From Octopus sinensis (Eukaryota), in contig NC_042997.1 in the NCBI RefSeq assembly GCF_006345805.1, positions 148,304,001-148,368,000 of the forward strand: a stretch of DNA of 64,000 bases. The letters run 5' to 3'. The notes beneath the pieces were generated by a model, which saw only the letters and a program-made list of their open reading frames with translations, did not search any database and had not been told where the DNA came from. The translations under genes and the position numbers were made by a program. Below are positions 53,578-64,000 of the stretch, in pieces. Position 1 is the stretch's first letter, and every line of letters starts with the position of its first letter.

Positions 53578-54639
53578 GGTAAATTACACATGATAAGAGA
53601 AAAAAATTATGTTGGAAAACGATGGTATAGTGAAGTACAGGAATAGCATAAGTGAAAATAATATCTATATATATTTCAATACTTTCTGTAGACATTATTG
53701 TGTTTCTAATGGATGCATATTTATGTGTAAATAAACGGCCGCTACTGTCAACGGTTTAACAAACAATCTCAGTGAATAAGTTATTCAGTCACCCATATTG
53801 ATACAACGTTATTTACTTCGTATGAAGTAACACTTTAAATTATCGGTGGTGACTTTCAGATTCTGGTTACATTGTTAGCAAATTATTACTTCATATCGTT
53901 AAAATTCACGTTTACCGTTACAAGAAGTGTGCGAGATGCTGTTAGTTGAAGTCCCTTGGGAAACATAAGTTCTTATGACGACACAAGTCCACAAATCTAT
54001 CCCAAAGCTGGGTTTCTAAGAAACGAAGGACAAACTGATTTTCACATTAAAGAAAACAATTGCTAGGCACGTTCAACTGCTAGACAAGCGATAGTGAAAT
54101 CAGTTGGCGACTCTCTACTCTGAAGCATAAGCACATCTAGATTAACTGTAACGAGAAAAACATTTTATGAAAGCTGTTATTTGTTGATTACTAGTTGATC
54201 TGGAGGTGATTAAGCAGAAAGCCTCGTTCTCGATTCTAAAAGTTGATTAAACGTACGAGGTAATCATTTCTCTGGCCATATCTTGGCGTAGACCTTATCG
54301 TCTTGTGATAATCAAGTGGAAGTGAATGGTCAGCATAGAGAAAGACGCTAAAAAACAAAATGGTGGCATCGTTACTATTAACTAATTGGGTAGTGTTGAA
54401 GGACAAATGATGGAAGCAGATGTGAAACATCTTCGTACACCTCACCTAACAGCAATAATTTTACTAATCATCATTATTTTACCTCTGGGTTTTTGAAGTT
54501 TATAATGCAATGGGTCGCAAATATTGCAGCCCCAAAAAACTAAATTGTTGTATATTTTTAGGATCCCTTTTATTCTGGAAGAATGTTCAGCCTATTGATA
54601 CACGAAGTGGCGATAACTGCACATTCAATTAAATTATTC

Positions 54640-54770
54640 CTTCTCTCGGATGGTGCGTAGTTTAATGACACCGGACTGATGCAATAGAAGTAGACCTTGA
54701 CAGGGCTTGAACTCAGGACTTGACTATTGCCCGAATGAACTTTCGTTGTTACTGTAACAATTCCGCACAA
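54640..54770 (-). mobile_element. Very degenerate SINE fragment
   Basis: gtagaccttgacagggcttgaactcaggac resembles gtcgacctcggcggaatttgaactcagaac. Confidence 0.45.
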
Positions 54771-55960
54771 TCAACATTTCCATTGATAACTAATGTATAT
54801 TTCTGACATAAATACAAATTTTGGATGGATGTTATAACCGACTGAAAATTTCCTAATTCTTGTGTGGTACTTTACTGAGCTGGAGAGATGAAATACAAAG
54901 TTAATAACACCAAGAATGAAATATACAAAAAAAAATATAAGAATTAGGGAACATTCGCAAATACTTCACCTGACGAATTAATATTTCTGACTATAACAGC
55001 TCCCTTTTAGAAAGAATTGTTGTTAACGTTGGCAAAATATTGCAGTTTTAATTTTTTCAAGTGCGTACATTTTAAATTCGACCGAAGCAGAATGATATAA
55101 ATATGTAGTTGGACGCCAGCATAGCGTTTTTTCCGATGCTCCACTGATTCCCCATACTTTAATTCAACTATGATAATTGTTGTACATCCTACATATTTAC
55201 ACGCCTTATATCTAAGAAGAAATTCATATTGCGATTAGAAGATTCAACGTACAAACATCATTTTATTCTTTGAAATTTCTCGACTAGTTCATATTAATTT
55301 GGGTTCTAACAGCAAGTTGTTTCCATATTGTAATCAAAGTCAAAAAGCACAATGAAAGATTCTGAACAAATTATCTGATATTAATACGTTTAGGATATTT
55401 CCTCCTCAAAAGCACGTGATGTTATGATAAAAGAGACCGAACAAATGAGCATAATTATTTACACATTTTCAATTTATATCATTGTTTTCCTGGTTAGAAA
55501 TAATTTGGTTAAGGTCTAGTTAAAGTTAGGTATAGCTGAAACTTAATTTCCATATATTTCCATAAAATTTGAGCTGTAAATTAAATATTCCAAAATTAAA
55601 TTAGATATGCATCAGTATTATGTTAAACACAACATCATTAAAAAAATTTTCAGTGAATGTATAAATGACATGCTTTTATAGATACGCTCACACGCGCTCT
55701 CACGCATACATTACAGGCACTGACTCATATACACACTAACTTTCAGACATATAAACAAGCATACCTTTATTTACAAATTAAAATCATACACACACGCTCA
55801 CACAAATACACATGCACACTCATACATATGTGCCTGTACATATGCGCATATGAATAAAGATATATATGTAGTATATATATATACACATACATATGTGTGT
55901 ATGTATATGTAGAATATATGTATGTGTGTATATACATACATACATACATACACACAAACA

Positions 55961-56033
<73 letters not shown>

Positions 56034-56145
56034 CAAATATATGTAAATATCTATATGGATATGCATGGATACAGGCACACACTCACACATACATTGATAT
56101 ATATATATACATGTGTGTATGTATGGCTATACACGCACAGACACA

Positions 56146-56178
<33 letters not shown>

Positions 56179-56948
56179 ATATCTGCATATACTTGTTTGT
56201 TGAAAATATTAATCAGGAAGTCTCTATGAAATAGATAATGTCAGTACAAGAAAAGAAACATAATTTAAACTTTAAATTCAACATCATGTAAATTTGTTTA
56301 GCAACAAAAGCGAATATATGAGAGCAAGCGGTGTAGCTTAATTATGTTGTGGTGTTTATAGACAAAGATCTAAATCATAGCAACATCGACTAAAGAAACA
56401 AAACAAAAAAAAAACATTCAGTACAAACAGAAATATATAGCAGCATTGGAGCTTTTTTGAATTCACGCTAAATATATTCCTTCGTTTTGTTTTTAAATCA
56501 TTCAATTGTTTAGTCGCTGGGGAGACAGAGCAGCATAAATTACTCATTTTCAAATGTGCTGGGTGGGGTTGAAAAGTTATATTTCGGAGAAGGTTTGCTA
56601 CTGATTAATCCTTTTCAAGATGCTAAGAGAGCAGGTGATAGTTAGGTTTACCAAAACAAAGCAAGAATAGTGTCTACGACGACATACTATAGACTCCATG
56701 TAAAGAGTTTCAATGAAATCTTATCGACTCAAGACAATTTTAGATGACACATACTCAAGAATGAAGCAGAAGTCACTTAGGTACGAACTCATGCCGGCAT
56801 ACAGTTTATTCATTAAATGGTAGGTTTCTTATTTTCAGAATATGGTCAGCTGTGTGTATATATTGGGTTAAATGGATTTTATAAAGGTGGTCAACGATGT
56901 TATTAAAAGTGTTTAGAAGAAATTTTTTTACCGTTTACTTTGTGGCTA

Positions 56949-56981
<33 letters not shown>

Positions 56982-57300
56982 CTGTGTGCGTGTGTTGCGT
57001 GCGTTTGTTTTGTCTTTTGGGGGATATGTTGCTTTGGGGAAAGGATTATTTTTGTGTCAAACATTTCAATGAATTCAATAGCTGATTTTTCTATTCAGGA
57101 TACGATCAGATGCATGTGTGCGCACGTGCATGTATTGTGATAAAAGTTCAAATAAATAAAAAAAATAATTTAAGGATGTTTCTTTTCCTTCTTCCTTTGT
57201 AGTTGAAACTTTGAACAGGAAGAGTGCGAATTACTAGGTCATGGATACACATACACACACACAAACACGCACAAACACACACACACAAACACGCACACAC

Positions 57301-57345
<45 letters not shown>

Positions 57346-57526
57346 GCAGATTATTTGTTCATACCTATAAAATTTTATGTTTAACAGTAGAGCAAGACTC
57401 AAGAACTCACAGTAAAATGATAATGTGGGTGTGTGTAAACTATAGATTCTTATCAATTGACTAAAGGTGGATGCGTCCGTATTCAATTGTGGTTTATATC
57501 TGTTAATGAATTTTTTATTCTTACAT

Positions 57527-57931
57527 GTAGGCGTAGGAGTGACTGTGTGGTAAGTACCTTGATTACAAACCATATGGTGCCAGCTCAGTCCCACTGCGTG
57601 GCACCTTGGGCAAGTGTCTTCTACTATAGCCTCGGGCCGACCAAAGTATTGTGAGTGGATTTTTTAGACGGAAACTGAAAGAATCCTGTCGTATATATGT
57701 ATATATTTGTATGTATATATGTATGTGTGTCTGTGTATGTCCCCCCACCATTGCTTGACAACCGATGCTGGTGTGTTTACGTCCCTGTCACTAAGCGGTT
57801 TGGCGAAAGAGACCGATATAAGCACTAGGGTTAGAAAGAATAAGTCTTGGGGTCAATTTGCTCGACTAAAAGACGTTGCTCCAGCATGGCCACTGTTAAA
57901 ATGACTAAAACAAGTAAAAGAGTAAAAGAGT
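57527..57931 (+). mobile_element. Full-length octopus-type SINE
   Basis: gtaggcgtaggagtgactgtgtggtaag...cagtcccactgcgtggcaccttgggcaagtgtcttctactatagcctcggg...ctccagcatggcc...aaacaagtaaaagagtaaaagagta. Confidence 0.92.
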
Positions 57932-58001
57932 ATCTGTTTTTGATGTTGAATAAATCCATTCCCGCTTAATCTTCAATTTGAGTGCTTAAGGAAATATGCC
58001 T

Positions 58002-58044
<43 letters not shown>

Positions 58045-58048
<4 letters not shown>

Positions 58049-58096
58049 GCACGGACTGCAGTTTCTGGGTATTGACCCGTCATCAGCGCACGACAA
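58045..58096 (-). ncRNA. Minimal type-I hammerhead ribozyme motif (left arm)
   Basis: Minus: cgtgcg-CTGATGA-c-gggt-caat-accc-a-GAAA-CTGCAG-TC-cgtgcg; palindromic stem III ACTGCAGT; GUC triplet at 58056-58054. Confidence 0.75.
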
Positions 58097-58244
58097 TCAC
58101 GACATTGTCGTGCAGTTCCAGTTTATACCTCGTTCAGATATTTATTATTGCTTGTATACACTTTTTCAAGATCAGTGACGAAAAGTTACTGGAAAAAGGA
58201 TATAAATATTTGCATTGGGAATCCTTTCATCGAAAACCGGTGAC

Positions 58245-58295
58245 TGTTGTGCGCTGATGACGAGTCAATACCCAGAAACTGCAGTCCGTGCGTAT
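58245..58295 (+). ncRNA. Minimal type-I hammerhead ribozyme motif (right arm)
   Basis: tgtgcg-CTGATGA(58254-60)-cgagtcaataccca-GAAA(58275-78)-CTGCAG-TC(58286)-cgtgcg; one stem II mismatch relative to the left arm. Confidence 0.7.
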
Positions 58296-58770
58296 CACTT
58301 AGGTCGACGAGGGAAGGATGCCAGAGGTGACTAAATCATTGCTTCACATCTACTCCTGGATTCCACCAAAAGCAGCAAGAGGCTCTTACAACTGCCTTTC
58401 CTCTCTTGCACACTGTCATCTTTGTTTTTTTAACTTCTTCCGATCAAACATGGCTAGTCGGACCCGGGTAGACAAATGGAGAGATGGTGGAAGTCTAAGA
58501 TGGCTAATAGAAACTAGAATGCTATTGGTCAAGGTATGATGTTATTAGAGATGAGATTATGCAACACCAATAGCAGCCCAGTTTCTTGTAGTAATCTCAG
58601 AATCCCTGTACCTCTCATGTTTGATACCTGAGCCCGACGAGCTACGTTTTTGTAAGAAGCCAGCAAAACTTTCAGTCGCACGGTGCCAAATCAAACTTTT
58701 TTAAATGATAATATATGTAACTCCTACTAAATATATCATCATTGCCTCTTTCTTTCATTTGTCTACTCAC

Positions 58771-58847
<77 letters not shown>

Positions 58848-58885
58848 TAATTATATATACATACAACATATTCTTAATATAAAAT

Positions 58886-59379
58886 AGTGTACATTTAAAC
58901 ACAAGAGAAAACTACACTTTAACAGATAATTTTTACACGCTAGAAAAAACAGCCAAAACGACCAAAACCACATTTAATAGCAATTTTAGAAGGAAATGAA
59001 AAATAAAACTTTTACCTTGTTATTTTTGGCGGTTATATCTAGGTTTCAAATGTGGCTGTCGACTGAAACTGCGCTTGCGCGCTGAATTTAAAAAAGTTAT
59101 AACATTTATTAATGAGACACGTGTTATTTTTCTCTAAATTATGAGTTAGTTGTTAAGGCCGGTTACCGATGAGAATTCGCCCAGCAAATTATCTTATTTG
59201 CTAAAGAAATTTGAAACCTATGTATAACCGCAAAAAATAACAAATTAAATTTTTTAGAAATTTTTCATTTCCTTCGAAAATTGGTATTAAATGTGGTTTT
59301 GGTCGTTTTGGCTGCTTCTTCTAGCGTGTAAAAATTACCGGTTAAAGGGTATTTTTCTCTTGTGTTTAAATGTACACTG
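58886..59379. mobile_element. MITE-like element with about 165-bp imperfect terminal inverted repeats
   Basis: agtgtacatttaaacacaagagaaaa...ggtttcaaat (58886-59051) mirrors atttgaaacc...ttttctcttgtgtttaaatgtacact (59209-59378). Confidence 0.85.
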
Positions 59380-59478
59380 TTACGGGCATATGGCGTAAAG
59401 AATGTAAAGAATATATACATGTAAATAATATATATATTTTGTATATGCATACACAAAAATCCTATATGCAGGTATGTA

Positions 59479-59538
<60 letters not shown>

Positions 59539-59667
59539 AAGATACACACACACACACACAAACACACACGCACAAATATAAAGCCGCTTTGTGGTCGGAT
59601 TTTCCCTCTAGTTTATGCAGCAGTCTGCTGGTTCTGCAGCCGAAGGAAACTTCTTAACACTGAAGAA

Positions 59668-59730
<63 letters not shown>

Positions 59731-60456
59731 CAGGCATGCGACAATGTCAGCAATTCTTTGTTTGCATAAATAAAATTTCTCATGCGAAACTTTGCCGAGT
59801 CAAAACATCAGCCAATCTTCTGCTGTTTTAGTGTCACTGATTTTTGTGATTTTTTCCAGTCTAAAGATTCACTAAATTATGTCAAACTTTTTTCACCTCT
59901 TTTCTAGAATTTACAGAATTGGACACTTCTGGCTTTTGAATTCATTTTTCAATATATCGTTTCTTCCCACCCATTATCTTACTTTTTAACACCTTTCCAT
60001 CGTCGTATTGTTGTTTTCCTTTTGAAAGTATTTTCAAGTGAAAGAAATATAATTTTTACTATTAGGGAATTTTCATCTGACATTTAAAACTGTTTGAAAT
60101 GAATGAACAAGTTTTCTTCTTGGAGAATGAACTTGATATGAGGAAGTTTTATCTGAAAGGATTTCTTTCGACGAGAATACATTTGTTTGAAGAAAGTCGT
60201 TACTCTGGTATATTTACAATCCAAATCAAAGTGAAGACTTATATACTGTTGAATCACACGTAAAATTGAAAGGAGATAAAATTATTGTTAATCATTCACG
60301 CAGCTTCTTATCCTATTCAAATCTATTCAGAGAATAGATTAAATTTCTGTTGTAAGTCGATGAACTAAACAGAAACATTCCCAGGGTTTAGCAGATTCTG
60401 AATTTGTACTATCTGTGAAGCAACCTCCCACGAAGGGGATCATGTTGAGAAGTTTG

Positions 60457-61006
60457 CATTTGTTCGTACATCCACACATGTATGTGCGTGAGTGTGTGTG
60501 CTGTGCTGAGATATATGAGATGACGTAGTGCGGCCAAAGTGTTAACGAGTTCACATCACAGCCGCAGGCTCAAGGGTTCGATCACACATGCAGGAAAATG
60601 TGTAAATGTAATTTTATATGAACAGTTGTCGACCTACATTGTGACAGGAATTTGCTGTTGGGAAGGTGTATAAACGTTCCCAGGAACGGTTGTATTTATA
60701 ATGTAAACGTTCCAGTTTTCTGCTGCCCAGACTTGCAAAAGATCTGACTGACGATTAAGCCTAACGGAACAGAAGTGGAATACTCCGCCACTTACATGGT
60801 TATTCAATGAGCTACCAATTCCCTTTGTCCTAAGATCCTAATGCCCATCGTTCAAATGCACAAAGAAACATCCACCCCACCATATGTATGTAAGTATATG
60901 TGCCTGTATATTTATATATGTGTATGTATTTACATGCATACTTGTATAAATCTCTATCTACATCTATCTATCTATCTATCTCTACCCCTCTCTAGCTCTG
61001 TGTGTT

Positions 61007-61037
<31 letters not shown>

Positions 61038-62216
61038 ATATATTTATATATATACATATGTGTATGGGTGTGGGTTTAGGTATATACATACATATATAGA
61101 CATATATAGATTGGGTGGAAAGTAACTAGGCATTAAAAATTGCTTATAGAATTTTTAGTATCACTGAAGTCATGACGAAAACATTTTTTAAAGAGACAAC
61201 ACTAATGGGGATTTTTTATTTTCTTATTGTCTTATTTCTCATTTCTTATTTTCTAAATGGCCGGTAGCTTGATTTTTCAGGAGCGAGCTAAGATAGGTTG
61301 GTTTTGGTTCTGAGATGGTGTCCTTGCATAGAAAGTTAAACATGCAACACTACGTTCGGAAACAATAAAAGTTGTCATGCAAAGCTGATCACCACGGGCT
61401 CTGTGAACGATGCAAGAAGTGGCCCAGCGGACAACGTGGCAATAGTGCAGGAAATGTTTAATCGCAGCCCGCAAAAATCAATACGCCAAGCATCTCGTGT
61501 TAGTGGATTAAGAAGACACACGATATGTACGGTGTTGCATAAAGAATTGAACTTTCATCGGTGGAAATTTCATTACGTGCAGGAGCTAAAACCTGAATAC
61601 TATGACCGCAGAAGTCCAGAAGTCCAGAACTCAAAGATGTCCAGATCTCACTCCATGTGATCTTTACATTTGTTCGTACATCCACACATGTATGTGCGTG
61701 AGTGTGTGTGCTGTGCTGAGATATATGAGATGACGTAGTGCGGCCAAAGTGTTAACGAGTTCACATCACAGCCGCAGGCTCAAGGGTTCGATCACACATG
61801 CAGGAAAATGTGTAAATGTAATTTTATATGAACAGTTGTCGACCTACATTGTGACAGGAATTTGCTGTTGGGAAGGTGTATAAACGTTCCCAGGAACGGT
61901 TGTATTTATAATGTAAACGTTCCAGTTTTCTGCTGCCCAGACTTGCAAAAGATCTGACTGACGATTAAGCCTAACGGAACAGAAGTGGAATACTCCGCCA
62001 CTTACATGGTTATTCAATGAGCTACCAATTCCCTTTGTCCTAAGATCCTAATGCCCATCGTTCAAATGCACAAAGAAACATCCACCCCACCATATGTATG
62101 TAAGTATATGTGCCTGTATATTTATATATGTGTATGTATTTACATGCATACTTGTATAAATCTCTATCTACATCTATCTATCTATCTATCTCTACCCCTC
62201 TCTAGCTCTGTGTGTT

Positions 62217-62247
<31 letters not shown>

Positions 62248-62876
62248 ATATATTTATATATATACATATGTGTATGGGTGTGGGTTTAGGTATATACATA
62301 CATATATAGACATATATAGATTGGGTGGAAAGTAACTAGGCATTAAAAATTGCTTATAGAATTTTTAGTATCACTGAAGTCATGACGAAAACATTTTTTA
62401 AAGAGACAACACTAATGGGGATTTTTTATTTTCTTATTGTCTTATTTCTCATTTCTTATTTTCTAAATGGCCGGTAGCTTGATTTTTCAGGAGCGAGCTA
62501 AGATAGGTTGGTTTTGGTTCTGAGATGGTGTCCTTGCATAGAAAGTTAAACATGCAACACTACGTTCGGAAACAATAAAAGTTGTCATGCAAAGCTGATC
62601 ACCACGGGCTCTGTGAACGATGCAAGAAGTGGCCCAGCGGACAACGTGGCAATAGTGCAGGAAATGTTTAATCGCAGCCCGCAAAAATCAATACGCCAAG
62701 CATCTCGTGTTAGTGGATTAAGAAGACACACGATATGTACGGTGTTGCATAAAGAATTGAACTTTCATCGGTGGAAATTTCATTACGTGCAGGAGCTAAA
62801 ACCTGAATACTATGACCGCAGAAGTCCAGAAGTCCAGAACTCAAAGATGTCCAGATCTCACTCCATGTGATCTTTA
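60457..62876 (+). repeat. Apparently identical tandem duplication, period 1210 bp
   Basis: catttgttcgtacatccacac at 60457 and 61667; ORF pairs 60841/62051, 61277/62487 and 61403/62613 have identical translations. Confidence 0.95.
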
Positions 62877-63173
62877 CATGTGGGGTTACACAAAAGAGGA
62901 GGTGTGCAAGATAAAACCTCACACACTGGAGGGCTTGGAGACACGGATTCAGGAGTTTGTCAATGATATCCCAGACGACGTCCTGTCGAAGGTTGTTCAT
63001 TCCGTCTCTGGCCGGTTGAGGAAACTGGTTGACTCCACCGGTGCTTACGTTGAAATATGAGGATTTCCTTTCATTGTAATAAAAAACATGTATCATTTCT
63101 TTCAATAAATTTGTAAAAGGAATATGGATTTTAGTAACAATTTGTTGTCCCTACTTACTTTTCACCTACCCTG
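62317..63173 (+). mobile_element. Tc1/mariner-superfamily element (SPDLTPxDFxLWG type), internally deleted; a truncated copy lies at 61107-61666
   Basis: Degenerate TIRs (tagattgggtggaaagtaac and cttacttttcacctaccctg|ta); DNVAIVQEMFNRSPQKSIRQASR...HYVQELKP joined to CPDLTPCDLYMWGYTKEEV...GAYVEI*; the catalytic DD core is missing. Confidence 0.88.
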
Positions 63174-64000
63174 TATATATTTATGCGCGAATGCGTGTAG
63201 ACATATTTTGTAGAAGTTAGTTCAAATTGGGGAATTCTTCCTGAGGCTGAAGGATGATTTAAGAACTCCATAACTTAAAAAGTCATAACTAAATACGATA
63301 AGGTATATTTCTACCCATTGTACTGACTTTCTTGAACCGCTGCTTATATGTATATAAGTACCCACAGCATTACATACTTAAACTGCTTAATAAACCTTTA
63401 CAGTTTAACGCTGTTTTTCTACGTAGAAACGTACTCACATGTTCCTACATTTGATATCAACTTAAGAGAACACAATTCGTGTTTTTTCATATGTATTGTT
63501 AAGAATGACATACACTGCACTATGTTCACGTCATAAGCTAGCAACGCGTATGCTTTCGGAAAATGCACCTCATCATAATCAACATCATAATGTAAATATG
63601 GTGTTATTGCTTTGAATCAAATCGAGAGGCTTGCATTGTGTAATGCTTATTGTAAGAGTTGTTTAAAGGGTGCTTTTGGTAAATGCAAGCCGTTTATGTT
63701 ATTTTAATCAATTAATGTTCTTGCGGCTCTCGAAGATCGAAGATATTAAATAAAGTTGGCAGATTTTCTTCCAGTATTCAGAACTGCGTTCGATTGAACC
63801 ACGTACCAAAAAGGCCAGATTTTCTGGAGAACAGAGAACGATTAAGTATTATCTGAGAACTAATATTATTTAATAATGGACGAATAAAAGTAGTTTCTGA
63901 ATATCGTATATAATTTTGAATCATAATAATAATCTTGAAAGTTCTTTGGATTTAAATATTCGAGCAAAACAGAGGTTTTAGTAGGACATTTTAAACAAAT

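Noticed and set aside
58300-58700. GC-richer stretch, possible LINE linker relic
   Set aside because: No diagnostic motif could be recovered on either strand.
59620-59667. Hairpin-rich stretch ending in CTGAAGA before (TA)n
   Set aside because: No downstream stem II or GAAA; cannot be called a ribozyme.

Overview
AT-rich, microsatellite-saturated eukaryotic DNA. The SINE, LINE and Penelope families look like those of octopod (coleoid cephalopod) genomes; the species assignment is inference. No host protein-coding gene, rRNA, true tRNA or CRISPR array can be supported, so the window reads as intronic or intergenic. Most long ORFs in the track are translations of (TA)n, (CA)n, (TACA)n and (TATC)n. 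Recognisable content: about 10 tRNA-derived SINEs, RTE and CR1-type LINE relics, several Penelope-like (GIY-YIG/RT) fragments, Tc1/mariner derivatives, MITE-like foldbacks and two recent tandem duplications (483 bp and 1210 bp). Highlights: (i) one copy of a G/T-rich repeat carries about 28 A>G changes in about 250 bp relative to its sister copies, resembling an ADAR-hyperedited RNA fixed in DNA; (ii) about 10 minimal type-I hammerhead-ribozyme motifs from at least four families, each family with a different palindromic stem III, including an inverted pair and a family with a non-canonical A6 position; (iii) rearranged elements, namely a mariner made of two 5' ends, a Penelope copy with an inverted 3' part and an RTE with a doubled RT segment. 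All alignments and counts were done by eye.
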